This document shows, piece by piece, positions 29,816 to 39,214 of a stretch of DNA of 64,000 bases. This DNA is from Nitrospinales bacterium (GTDB lineage Bacteria; Nitrospinota; Nitrospinia; Nitrospinales; JAJDAT01). The position numbers were made by a program, and so were the translations under genes. Position 1 is the first letter of the stretch. Each line of letters opens with the position of its first letter. The DNA lies in contig JAYOZP010000005.1 of NCBI GenBank assembly GCA_038154245.1, positions 7,307 through 71,306 on the forward strand, read 5' to 3'. The notes under the pieces were generated by a model, which made no database searches, was not told the DNA's origin, and saw only the letters and a program-made list of their open reading frames with translations.

Positions 29816-30580
29816 ATGGATCACCCCATAGAAAAATCCATTGCCAGTCGCAGAAATTTCCTCCGCGCGCTTCCTCCATTCCTTGCGGGAATTTTTGGGT
29901 ATTTATTTAAAGGGTCCGCTTGGGCTATTCCAGATCATCGTAACAGCAAAAATATTCCCAAAAACTATATACAAAACCGGGATATTCCCGGCTTTCATAT
30001 TCGAAGCGCAAACCCTTTTCTTGGGGTCGAAGTAAAAGATTGGGGCCTCGCTATTGGCGGATTAGTAAAAAAATCACTCGCTTTATCCTACGAAGATCTA
30101 TTTGATTTTAAGACAATACAACAAGTTTCCAGGCTCAAGTGCGTAGAGTGCTGGTCAGCTAAAGCGAAATGGGAAGGATTTACTTTTGAAGAAATTGTCA
30201 AACGAGTTCAACCTCTCCCTGAAGCAAAATACGTATACTTTAAATCTGCAGATTCTTATTACGAAAGCTATCCTCTTGAAGAGCTATTAAAACCAAGAGT
30301 TCTATTGGTTTTAAAAATGAACGATCGCGCGCTAAGTAAAGATCATGGATTCCCGCTACGACTCATAGCTCCATTCAAATATGGATATAAAAATATTAAA
30401 TATATCACCGGAATCGAATTCCGAAAAGATCGTAGTCGCAATTATTGGGCTGACAACGGCCCTTATTCTATTGATGGAACGATCCAACCCGGCATCGATC
30501 ACCCGTTAGATTTTAAAAAGAAACCGCTCCCGATCAACGGCGGCGAAGTATTTCACTTCTTCGACGAACCTCCATCATGA
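29816..30580 (+). CDS. Tat-exported molybdopterin-binding oxidoreductase (sulfite-oxidase family, YedY/MsrP-like)
   Basis: Twin-arginine signal SRRNFLRALPPFLAG. Mo-domain features LKCVECWS and GFPLRLIAPFKYGYKNIKYI. Confidence 0.8.
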   Translation: MDHPIEKSIASRRNFLRALPPFLAGIFGYLFKGSAWAIPDHRNSKNIPKNYIQNRDIPGFHIRSANPFLGVEVKDWGLAIGGLVKKSLALSYEDLFDFKTIQQVSRLKCVECWSAKAKWEGFTFEEIVKRVQPLPEAKYVYFKSADSYYESYPLEELLKPRVLLVLKMNDRALSKDHGFPLRLIAPFKYGYKNIKYITGIEFRKDRSRNYWADNGPYSIDGTIQPGIDHPLDFKKKPLPINGGEVFHFFDEPPS

Positions 30581-31383
30581 AATGGTTTTGCGCCTTTCTT
30601 AACCGTTTTGCAGTTTCTCCCCTGAAAAATTTCGTATTGGCTTTCGCTACAAAAACCCGAGTTAGCATATTTGTTTTCTTAATAACCACCTCTTTTTTTA
30701 TTTCTTGCTCTAAAGATTCCGTCGAACAAATTGAAGTGAAAATTCCTCCCGGTATTGTTGTCCCCGAAGAAATGGTTTTTATACCTGAAGGAGATTTCAT
30801 AATGGGGGAGGAAGACGAAAAACGAACCGCTAAAGGCAAAAAAATATTTTTACCGGCTTTTTTTATCGACCGCTTCGAAACATCAAGAAGCGAATACGCT
30901 GAATTTAATTCAAACTATCATTTCACTGAAAATAAAGGAGCATTTCCCGCCGCTCAGCTCAATTATTTTGACGCCGAATCTTATTGTCAATTTAGAGGCA
31001 AACGCTTGCCGACGGAAGCTGAGTGGGAAAAAGCCGCGAGAGGAACCGATGGAAGAAAATGGCCATGGTTAGTTTACTATAAACATCCCAACGATGGATT
31101 TTCCGGCTTTATACCCGAACCAATAGATAAAAGAAAGGACTGGATCGGTCCATACGGTCTATACGGAACTGGGCACAACGTTTGGGAGTGGACTTCAGAT
31201 TGGTATGACTACCCAGGAATGCCTATAGGGAAACGTAAAAAACAAAAAGTAATTCGCGGAGGATTATTACAAACCCACACTATGATTCGGTTCTCCCCAA
31301 CTTGGTATAGGAATTTTCAATATCCAAACAATCGATTCAACTTTTTAGGAGTGAGGTGCGCCCGCGACATTAAACCGAAATAA
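30577..31383 (+). CDS. formylglycine-generating-enzyme (FGE/SUMF1) family protein, probable lipoprotein
   Basis: ATGA overlap with the upstream gene. N-terminal hydrophobic segment ending FFISC. FGE motifs RLPTEAEWEKAARG, NVWEWTSDWY, IRGG. Confidence 0.85.
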   Translation: MKWFCAFLNRFAVSPLKNFVLAFATKTRVSIFVFLITTSFFISCSKDSVEQIEVKIPPGIVVPEEMVFIPEGDFIMGEEDEKRTAKGKKIFLPAFFIDRFETSRSEYAEFNSNYHFTENKGAFPAAQLNYFDAESYCQFRGKRLPTEAEWEKAARGTDGRKWPWLVYYKHPNDGFSGFIPEPIDKRKDWIGPYGLYGTGHNVWEWTSDWYDYPGMPIGKRKKQKVIRGGLLQTHTMIRFSPTWYRNFQYPNNRFNFLGVRCARDIKPK

Positions 31384-31560
31384 GATTTAACCTTCAGCGA
31401 TTTAAATTATTAAAACCTTCCTTTGATGCCCAAAAAATATTGTAAATTTCTGAAACATCTCTGTTTAACTTTAAACTCTTTTATGCTTCAATGCCCCAGT
31501 CGTCAAATCCCCTAAAATTTTTGTAAACTTCTAACAAATGAAATCGATTAAAAAGTTTTT

Positions 31561-32583
31561 ATGGCAAAAGGCAAAATCTTGATCGCAGAAGATGACATTT
31601 TTAGCTTTGGAGTTTTCAAAAACTATTTAATTCAAAGCGGTTATCAAGCCACAAACGTTAAAAATGGTCGCGATGCTTTAAACGCTTTACGCGACGAAAC
31701 TTACGATGTTGTAGTGCTTGATTTAGAATTGCCTTCCATTAACGGGATGGACTTAGCTAATCGTATCCGAACTGAGATCTTTCCTCATCCCACTTTAATC
31801 TTAACTATGGGTGGAGAGCGAAAGGGAATCGAACGTCAAGCATTAGATCAAGGAATCGATGAAGTTATATTTAAGCCGATTGATTTAAGGCAGTTATACA
31901 ACGCCGTATTAACGGGAATAAATAAAACAAGCTCACCCCCAACAACCGTTTCGCCTTTATTTCCGGTTAAAAAAGAAACTTCTATTACGCCGCCTTTTCC
32001 GATAGTTGTTATTGCGGCAAGCACTGGCGGTCCGCAAATACTAGAAAAATTTTTGAAATGCACGGAGCTTCCATTAAACGCTCCAATAGTTATTGTATTA
32101 CATGGGGCAGACTGGAGTTTACAATATTGGGCCGAATATATGGACGAAGAACTGGACGTTAAGTTTCATTTGGCCGAAAATAATATGAGACTACAACCTG
32201 GAGAAATTTACCTCGCTCCAGGCGATAAACACTTAATAACGAACGGAAACTATAATCTTTCTCTAGACGACGGTCCTAAAGAATGTTTTGTCAAACCTTC
32301 GGCAAATCCTTTATTTAGAACCGCTGCGTCGACTTTTGGAGAATTTTGTATTGGTATTGTTTTTACAGGTCTGGGCGACGATGGAGCTGCAGGCTCAAAA
32401 AAAATATACGAAATGGGAGGAAGCGTTATTGTTCAAGATCCGGCTACCGCTCCGGCTCCCTTTATGCCAAAAGCTACGATTGAAAAAGTTCCTAATTGCC
32501 AAATAGATTCTTTAGAAATTATCGGAAACCAATTGCCTAGTAAAATAGGATTATTAGCAAATCAACTTAAACTAAAAAAATAA
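31561..32583 (+). CDS. cheB: chemotaxis response regulator protein-glutamate methylesterase
   Basis: REC domain (ILIAEDD...VVVLDLELPSINGMDL), then methylesterase motifs AASTGGPQ, VLHG, GLGDDGA, VQD. Confidence 0.85.
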   Translation: MAKGKILIAEDDIFSFGVFKNYLIQSGYQATNVKNGRDALNALRDETYDVVVLDLELPSINGMDLANRIRTEIFPHPTLILTMGGERKGIERQALDQGIDEVIFKPIDLRQLYNAVLTGINKTSSPPTTVSPLFPVKKETSITPPFPIVVIAASTGGPQILEKFLKCTELPLNAPIVIVLHGADWSLQYWAEYMDEELDVKFHLAENNMRLQPGEIYLAPGDKHLITNGNYNLSLDDGPKECFVKPSANPLFRTAASTFGEFCIGIVFTGLGDDGAAGSKKIYEMGGSVIVQDPATAPAPFMPKATIEKVPNCQIDSLEIIGNQLPSKIGLLANQLKLKK

Positions 32584-32649
32584 ACTGAATAATAAAACGA
32601 TTTCAAAAAATTATTCTGTAATCAAATGAGTTTGTTTTAAATTAAAATA

Positions 32650-33501
32650 TTGAATATGGAAATAACCCCTCAAAAATTACTAGAATCTGATGACAAAATC
32701 GCTACTTTACCTACGGTTTTTTACCAAATTTTGGACGCGGTTCAGAGCCCTGATAGCTCATTTGACGATATTAGCCGATTAATCGCTAGCGATGTCGCTC
32801 TTGCGGCTCAATTACTTAAAGTGGTTAATAGTTCTTTTTACGGGTTTACTGAAAAGATAGATTCCATCTCTCACGCGCTTAATATAATAGGAACAGAACA
32901 ACTAAGTTGTTTAGTAATGGCTTCGGCGGTTGTATCGCGGTTCGATGGAATTCCAGAAGAATTTGTAACCATGGAGTCCTTTTGGCATCATAGTGTCGCG
33001 TGCGGTTTAGCCGCTAGAGCAATAGCAAAACATAAACAATTTTCTAACCCTGAAAGTTTGTATGTTGCGGGGATGCTCCACGATATTGGAAGTTTAGTTA
33101 TTTACAAACAAATTCCCGAACCAGCTCTTCAAGCTTTAAATCGATGCAACCAGTGGGGAATACCGCTAGCCCAAGCTGAAAAAGAGGTGTTCGGTTTTGA
33201 TCACAATATAGTTGGAAAACTATTAATCGAACAATGGAAACTTCCAGAATCTTGGTCGGAGATCGCTCAATTTCATCATCATCCAAAAAATTCAACGGAA
33301 TATGCGGAAGAGACAGCTATTGTCCACTTGGCAGATCATATCGCCCATAATAGCAGGCTAGGTAGCGCCGGACATTCTGGAACAAAATCGCTGGACGAAA
33401 GCGTTTGGCAAACGTTAAATATTGATCCTTCAATAAAAGGACCGGTCTTTAGAGAAATGCTCACGCTATTCGGCGAAACCGTTGAGATGTTTATCGCTTG
33501 A
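32650..33501 (+). CDS. HDOD-domain signalling protein
   Basis: LPTVFYQILDAVQSPDSSFDDISRLIASDVALAAQLLKVVNSSFYGF and MLHDIGSLV. Confidence 0.85.
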   Translation: MNMEITPQKLLESDDKIATLPTVFYQILDAVQSPDSSFDDISRLIASDVALAAQLLKVVNSSFYGFTEKIDSISHALNIIGTEQLSCLVMASAVVSRFDGIPEEFVTMESFWHHSVACGLAARAIAKHKQFSNPESLYVAGMLHDIGSLVIYKQIPEPALQALNRCNQWGIPLAQAEKEVFGFDHNIVGKLLIEQWKLPESWSEIAQFHHHPKNSTEYAEETAIVHLADHIAHNSRLGSAGHSGTKSLDESVWQTLNIDPSIKGPVFREMLTLFGETVEMFIA

Positions 33502-33554
33502 TCCTAATACTGACTAAATAAAAATTTGCTTTTCTTTACCGTAGAGATTTAAAA

Positions 33555-34742
33555 ATGTCCGTATCTAAAAAAATTCAAAGTTTTATGGAAGGTTCTTCCT
33601 GGATTCGAAAAATGTTTGAGGAAGGAATAAGGTTAAAAAAAGAGTTCGGAGAAGATAATGTCTTCGACTTATCTTTAGGAAATCCTGTCATGGAGCCTCC
33701 GCAAGAACTAATCGATAAACTTAAAGCTAATGTGGAAGACAAAAAACCTGGGACTCATCGCTACATGCCCAACTCCGGTTTTCCCGACACTCGACGCGCT
33801 ATTGCGGATTCTCTAAAAGCTGAATGTGGCGTTCCTTTTAACGAAAATCATATTGTTATGGTTTGCGGCGCCGCTGGCGGATTAAATATAACTCTTAAAA
33901 CTCTTCTAGATCCAGACGACGAAGTAATCATCTTCGCGCCGTTTTTCGTCGAGTATGTTTTTTATGCAGATAACCATGGAGGAAAAACTGTAACCGTTCC
34001 TACGTTGGAAGATTTTACTCCCGACCTTAAAGCTTTTACGAAAGCCATTAATAAAAAAACGAAAGCCGTAATTGTTAACTCGCCTAATAATCCGACTGGA
34101 GTTGTTTATCCCCGCCAAACTTTTGAAGAAATGGCTAAAGTTTTGCGCAAAAAATCTCAAGAAATTGGACGTCCCATCTATTTAATTTCAGACGATCCCT
34201 ATAAAAAAATCGTTTTCGATGAGGTTGAAGCTCCCAATATTTGCGAATTCTACGAAAACAGCATTTATATTACATCTCACTCTAAGGATTTAGCGGTACC
34301 AGGAGAACGGATTGGTTTTGTAGCTCTTCATCCAGAATGTGAAAATGCCTCTCAAGTGATGGAAGGTTTAGTCTTTTGCAATCGAGTATTGGGTTTTGTA
34401 AACGCTCCCGCATTGATGCAAAGAACGATAATGGACCTACAGTCTGTAAAAATTGACGTTGAGCAATACAAAAATAAAAGAGATTTTCTGCTCAAAGAAT
34501 TAACGAAGATTGGCTACAAGATTGTAAAACCACAGGGAGCGTTTTATATGTTTCCTGAGTCCCCGCTAAAAGACGACACTGAATTTTGCAAACTGTTAGC
34601 TTCTAAAAAAGTTTTGACGGTTCCAGGCAAAGGATTTGGTCAGCCGGGTTATTTTCGGCTTTCTTATTGCTTTCCTGATTCGGTGCTAGAAGGTTCAATC
34701 GCTGGATTTGAGGCTGCATTTAAGGAATCTTCAATTCATTAA
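33555..34742 (+). CDS. class I/II PLP-dependent aminotransferase
   Basis: NSPNNPTG, SHSKDLAVPGERIGF (PLP lysine), YFRLSY. Confidence 0.85.
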   Translation: MSVSKKIQSFMEGSSWIRKMFEEGIRLKKEFGEDNVFDLSLGNPVMEPPQELIDKLKANVEDKKPGTHRYMPNSGFPDTRRAIADSLKAECGVPFNENHIVMVCGAAGGLNITLKTLLDPDDEVIIFAPFFVEYVFYADNHGGKTVTVPTLEDFTPDLKAFTKAINKKTKAVIVNSPNNPTGVVYPRQTFEEMAKVLRKKSQEIGRPIYLISDDPYKKIVFDEVEAPNICEFYENSIYITSHSKDLAVPGERIGFVALHPECENASQVMEGLVFCNRVLGFVNAPALMQRTIMDLQSVKIDVEQYKNKRDFLLKELTKIGYKIVKPQGAFYMFPESPLKDDTEFCKLLASKKVLTVPGKGFGQPGYFRLSYCFPDSVLEGSIAGFEAAFKESSIH

Positions 34743-34938
34743 AAAAACAAATCCATATCCGCTCGCACAACTAGCTGAAAACATTGACCTTTTCTTATTG
34801 ATTTTCAATAAATTATCAATTATCCAATAATTTTTTAATACAGATTTAATATATTTTTTGGACGCTTGAAACCATTTTGATAGAATAAGCGTCTAAACTT
34901 AAAATTGAATGAAACGAACCATTTGAAGAGAAGGTATT

Positions 34939-36093
34939 ATGAGTTTATCTCAAGACCAAATTAGCCGGTATAGCCGACATTTACTTTTGCCCGAAGTGGG
35001 CGTTGAAGGACAAGAAAAGATTTGTAATTCGAAGATTCTTTGTATTGGAACCGGAGGTTTGGGTTCTCCAGTGTCGCTTTATTTAGCGGCTGCTGGCGTT
35101 GGTAAATTAGGATTGATTGACTTTGACGTTGTGGATAAAAGCAACCTTCAAAGACAAATTGCCCACGGAGAATCTACTGTTGGAAAACTTAAAGTTGAAT
35201 CAGCTCGAGAAAAAATTGGAGACTTAAACTCCGACGTCGAGGTAGTTACATATAACGAGCGACTTAGTTCTAAAAACGCTTTAGAGATTTTCAAAGACTA
35301 TGACGTGATTGTCGATGGAACCGATAATTTTCCAACACGCTATTTAGCTAACGATGCTTGTGTATTGCTTAAGAAACCATATGTCTATGGGTGTATTCTT
35401 AAGTTCGATGGTCAAGTTTCTGTATTCGACTCGAGAACAGGCCCCTGTTATCGTTGCCTATACCCAGAACCTCCTCCTCCAGGACTCGTGCCTAGTTGCG
35501 CCGAAGGCGGAGTTTTAGGGGTCTTATGCGGAGTTATTGGAACTCTTCAAGCAACGGAAGCTATTAAGCTTGTTCTAGGCCAAGGAAATACTTTAAACGG
35601 CAGACTAATGCTTTACGACGCCTTGGGTATGAAGTTCCGCGAAATGAAACTTCGTAAGGATAAAAACTGTACTATTTGCTCTGAAAACCCAACTATTACT
35701 GAATTGATCGATTACGAACAGTTTTGTGGAATTTTACCTCCAGAAGAAAAAACCGTTCCTGCCGATATGGAAATCGAGCCTACTGCGGTAAAAACTATGA
35801 TGGATAACAAAAAATCCTTCAAACTAGTAGACGTTCGAGAACCAAGCGAGTATGAAATTTGTAAAATAGAAGGCTCAATTCTTATTCCTTTGGGCGACGT
35901 AAAAGCGCGCGATCAAGCTCTACTTAACGGTCTAGATCCAGCGGATGAAATTGTCACTCATTGTCATCATGGCGTAAGAAGTTTGACTGCCGCCGAAATC
36001 TTGAAAGAAATGGGTTTTGATAACGTAAAAAGTATGAGCGGCGGTATAGACGAATGGTCTGTTCAAGTAGATAAAGCTGTCGCAAGATACTAG
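34939..36093 (+). CDS. moeB: molybdopterin-synthase adenylyltransferase (ThiF/MoeB E1-like) with a C-terminal rhodanese domain
   Basis: RYSRHLLLPEVG, GTGGLGSP, CYRCLYPEPP...C, rhodanese CHHGVRS. Confidence 0.9.
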   Translation: MSLSQDQISRYSRHLLLPEVGVEGQEKICNSKILCIGTGGLGSPVSLYLAAAGVGKLGLIDFDVVDKSNLQRQIAHGESTVGKLKVESAREKIGDLNSDVEVVTYNERLSSKNALEIFKDYDVIVDGTDNFPTRYLANDACVLLKKPYVYGCILKFDGQVSVFDSRTGPCYRCLYPEPPPPGLVPSCAEGGVLGVLCGVIGTLQATEAIKLVLGQGNTLNGRLMLYDALGMKFREMKLRKDKNCTICSENPTITELIDYEQFCGILPPEEKTVPADMEIEPTAVKTMMDNKKSFKLVDVREPSEYEICKIEGSILIPLGDVKARDQALLNGLDPADEIVTHCHHGVRSLTAAEILKEMGFDNVKSMSGGIDEWSVQVDKAVARY

Positions 36094-36101
36094 TAAAAAA
36101 T

Positions 36102-36135
36102 AAAGAAAACTCCCAAACGGGAGTTTTCTTTATTT
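36102..36135 (+). terminator. rho-independent terminator after moeB
   Basis: Perfect 13-bp stem AAAGAAAACTCCC (36102-36114) / GGGAGTTTTCTTT (36119-36131), AAAC loop, then ATTT. Confidence 0.8.
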
Positions 36136-36221
36136 ACCCAAACTGTCTTGACTCTAAAGAGATCAGGGTTTATTTTGGATGATGTATTATATTTATCAAT
36201 CGACTCCATTGAGGTACCCAA

Positions 36222-36623
36222 GTGACAGATCCTTCCGGACCAGAACGCGACTTTGAAAAACTTTCTAAAGCCATTACAGAAGCGGTAGTCAGTTCTCCAA
36301 AGGTAAAAAAAATCGTGGAAGAAATCTTAAAAAAAGATAAGATCTGCGCAAAAAGTTTTATGGTTTTGGTTCTTAAAATTCAAGCTCTCGCAGATGTTAT
36401 AGAAGAAAGCGAAGGCGACCTCGATCACGATAGCGAAGAAAGTATAGAAACAAGCGATTTAGAATCTCAAGAAGATTCCAAATCTGAAAAAACCTTGCCC
36501 AAAAATCCCGCTCAACAAATTGACGGTCGAATTTTAAGCGAAAAGGAAGCCGCGTTTGAAGAATTTGCCAGCGAAAAGTTCGACACAGAAGCCTGGCTTA
36601 AAAAGTTGGGCATTATCTTTTAA
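36222..36623 (+). CDS. acidic hypothetical protein
   Basis: GTG start after GAGGT. 133 aa with a strongly acidic middle (EESEGDLDHDSEESIETSDLESQEDS). No recognised motif. Confidence 0.45.
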   Translation: MTDPSGPERDFEKLSKAITEAVVSSPKVKKIVEEILKKDKICAKSFMVLVLKIQALADVIEESEGDLDHDSEESIETSDLESQEDSKSEKTLPKNPAQQIDGRILSEKEAAFEEFASEKFDTEAWLKKLGIIF

Positions 36624-36639
36624 AGCTTTTTTAATTGCC

Positions 36640-37326
36640 ATGGCTTCAGTGTTTCCTGCCTGCTGGGAAACCAAAGCCGACACTCCTGCAGATTTTGAGA
36701 GCCGTCGACGCAGCATGGCATTGCATGATATCAAAAAGCGAGGAATTTCCGACCCTGCCGTTCTGAAAGCCATGGAAACTGTTCCAAGACACCTTTTTGT
36801 CGAACCTTCCGACCTTTCACACGCCTACTCTGACAATGCATTAGCCATAAAAGAAAATCAAACTATTTCGCAGCCTTTTGTTGTGGCTTTAATGACCGAA
36901 GCGGCTCAATTAATGCCAAACCATAAGGTATTAGAAATTGGGACGGGATCTGGTTATCAAGCGGCTGTATTGTCTGAAATTGTCGCGGAAGTTTATACTA
37001 TAGAAATAGTAAAACCATTAGCTGAAAGCGCCGCAAATCGGTTTAAGGAGCTAGGATATAATAATATTCATTCTAAATGGGGAGATGGGTATGCTGGTTG
37101 GCCAGAGGTATCTCCATTCGACGCTATAATAATTACAGCCGCCGCTCCCAAAATTCCAAGACCGCTTATCAGGCAACTCAAAAATGGGGGAAAAATCGTC
37201 TTGCCCTTAGGAGTCTCTCCCAGATCTCAAGAATTAATAGTTTTAACCAAAAAAGACGACGCTTTGATAAGGACAGAATTAGGCTCGGTTGTTTTTGTTC
37301 CAATGACCGGAGAAGTGAGAAAATAA
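36640..37326 (+). CDS. pcm: protein-L-isoaspartate O-methyltransferase
   Basis: The ORF opens at 36556, but ATG 36640 avoids overlap with the upstream gene. ISQPFVVALMTE, VLEIGTGSGYQAAVL. Confidence 0.9.
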   Translation: MASVFPACWETKADTPADFESRRRSMALHDIKKRGISDPAVLKAMETVPRHLFVEPSDLSHAYSDNALAIKENQTISQPFVVALMTEAAQLMPNHKVLEIGTGSGYQAAVLSEIVAEVYTIEIVKPLAESAANRFKELGYNNIHSKWGDGYAGWPEVSPFDAIIITAAAPKIPRPLIRQLKNGGKIVLPLGVSPRSQELIVLTKKDDALIRTELGSVVFVPMTGEVRK

Positions 37327-37372
37327 TATTTCTTTAACTTTATTTTTACGACCAAATCAAGTTTTAAAACTC

Positions 37373-38002
37373 ATGCAGACCATTTCAAAAATTTTCAACT
37401 TTATTTTAGTTGGTCTTATTACTTCGATACTTATTCCTATGACAACATTTGGAGAAACGCAACCAATTATCCTAGCATTTGGGGACAGTTTAACCGCCGG
37501 CTTTGGAGTCGGAATAGAAGAGAGCTATCCATCTCGCCTACAAAATCTGCTAAAAAAACATGGCTTTCCTCATAAAGTGATTAACGCAGGCGTTAGCGGG
37601 GATACTACCGCCGGAGGACTTCGTCGCATTAATTGGCTAATGAAGCAAAAACCTAAAATCGTCATTTTGGAATTGGGAGCGAACGATGCGCTCCGTGGAT
37701 TACCTATAGAAGAAATGGAGGCTAACTTAAGCCAAATCATCCAGGTATGTAAAAAACAAAATTCAACTATTTTGTTGATTGGAATGAAAGCCCCTCCAAA
37801 CTACGGAGAAGAGTATTCATCTCAATTTGAAGAAACGTTTTACAAACTTGCAAAAAAATTTAAAACTCCTTTGGTCCCTTTTTTATTGGAGGGTGTTGCG
37901 GCAAAAAGGGAATACAACCAAGGAGATGGAATTCACCCTACAGCCGAAGGGTATAAAATTGTAGTTCAAACCGTGTGGGAACACCTAAAGCCAATGCTTT
38001 AA
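37373..38002 (+). CDS. secreted SGNH/GDSL arylesterase/lysophospholipase (TesA-like)
   Basis: Signal peptide. FGDSLTAG, GANDALRG, GDGIHP. Confidence 0.85.
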   Translation: MQTISKIFNFILVGLITSILIPMTTFGETQPIILAFGDSLTAGFGVGIEESYPSRLQNLLKKHGFPHKVINAGVSGDTTAGGLRRINWLMKQKPKIVILELGANDALRGLPIEEMEANLSQIIQVCKKQNSTILLIGMKAPPNYGEEYSSQFEETFYKLAKKFKTPLVPFLLEGVAAKREYNQGDGIHPTAEGYKIVVQTVWEHLKPML

Positions 38003-38020
38003 TATCTCGTTCCAAAAAAC

Positions 38021-39136
38021 TTAAGATCCATCTTTCGCGAAATCTATAAACCTTGTAAGACTCTTCATACATCGCCCGGACGCTAAAATATCCTTTGCCG
38101 CAATATAGCCTTCTTCCCAATCGCTAAATAGCCCAAACAGCTTTCCTATAGATCCAGCTTGCCAGGCTATCATAGGGGCGGCGGGACCGCTTGCGTCTTC
38201 CAACGCGGATAATCCTAAAGAGACAATTGTTTTAACGTCGGAAGTTCGACCCTTCAACGATAAAAAACTATCTTCTATTTCTTTTCCAAATTTTTCGGAT
38301 AACACCGAGGCGGCTTCCAATTTAATTTCTTCCAATTCCTCTCCCTCAGTCGCTCGAAAAACTTTAGCCGCTTTATGAACGCCATATAAGGACGTTCCTT
38401 CCATTCCATTGCCAATAACTACCGTTTGAAATGGACTCTCCTTTGCGGCGGCGGCCATTGGAACCTCATAGCCTCGATGAAAATACGTCGTCGCTAAATA
38501 ATTCTTTCCAGATTCCGTTTCCAAAGGGCATAACATTTTCTCAAATGTGGCTAAAGTCGACCTCTTAACCATTTCTGAACGTAAATCTCTCAGACTTTCT
38601 AATTTAGGGTGAGTTTGGCTTAAATCAAGGTAACAAAAACCTTCTTCTTCTAGGAACCAAGCGCAAGCCTCTATAGAGCTCCCAAGTTGTAATCCATAAT
38701 ATCCATTCAGAATTTCTGAGAAGGTGATGCCTCTTTTTGGAGGCATCGCTAAAGTAGAATGCCCATAACAAGGAAGTCCTAAAGCGGCAATAACTGGAAC
38801 GGCATAAAAACCAAAATAGGGCGTTCTTTCAAAACCATCAAATGCGTCGGCAATCTGAAGAGCTTGGTCTAACGATATTTTCCTTTTTACAGAGGTTTTA
38901 TTCAGCGCTCGCCAAAATCCTATATTTTCTTCTGGGGTTTCCAACTTCATCCGAGAAGCGATTAAAAATACAGCCGACCTAATAGGAGAAATATCTCCAT
39001 TTAAGATAAGGTCTAATGCATCTTCGGCTTCACTCTCCGTCAAGTTCTTACTTAAATGAGGACCTGAAGCGATTTTCCCTATATATTCACGCATTCGACT
39101 TTCTGCATCGGTCTCTTTTAGTTTCGATATGGACAT
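38021..39136 (-). CDS. anthranilate phosphoribosyltransferase-like protein (TrpD2/YbiB-type homologue)
   Basis: N-terminal helical bundle typical of glycosyltransferase family 3 (LTESEAEDALDLILNGDISPIRSAVFLIASRMKLETPEE). No clear GTGGD motif, so not called trpD. Confidence 0.55.
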   Translation of the reverse strand: MSISKLKETDAESRMREYIGKIASGPHLSKNLTESEAEDALDLILNGDISPIRSAVFLIASRMKLETPEENIGFWRALNKTSVKRKISLDQALQIADAFDGFERTPYFGFYAVPVIAALGLPCYGHSTLAMPPKRGITFSEILNGYYGLQLGSSIEACAWFLEEEGFCYLDLSQTHPKLESLRDLRSEMVKRSTLATFEKMLCPLETESGKNYLATTYFHRGYEVPMAAAAKESPFQTVVIGNGMEGTSLYGVHKAAKVFRATEGEELEEIKLEAASVLSEKFGKEIEDSFLSLKGRTSDVKTIVSLGLSALEDASGPAAPMIAWQAGSIGKLFGLFSDWEEGYIAAKDILASGRCMKSLTRFIDFAKDGS

Positions 39137-39214
39137 TTTATGTTTTTAAATGTAATTATTTCTCCGTTAAGGTACTATGTTTAATTACAATTTTAAACTT
39201 GGCGAATAAATTTT

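Noticed and set aside
34743-34938. A Moco riboswitch upstream of moeB (hairpin GACGCTT...AAGCGTC near 34861-34894).
   Set aside because: The spacer is AT-rich and lacks the GC-rich conserved helices that I recall for the Moco RNA motif. It has only a single simple hairpin.
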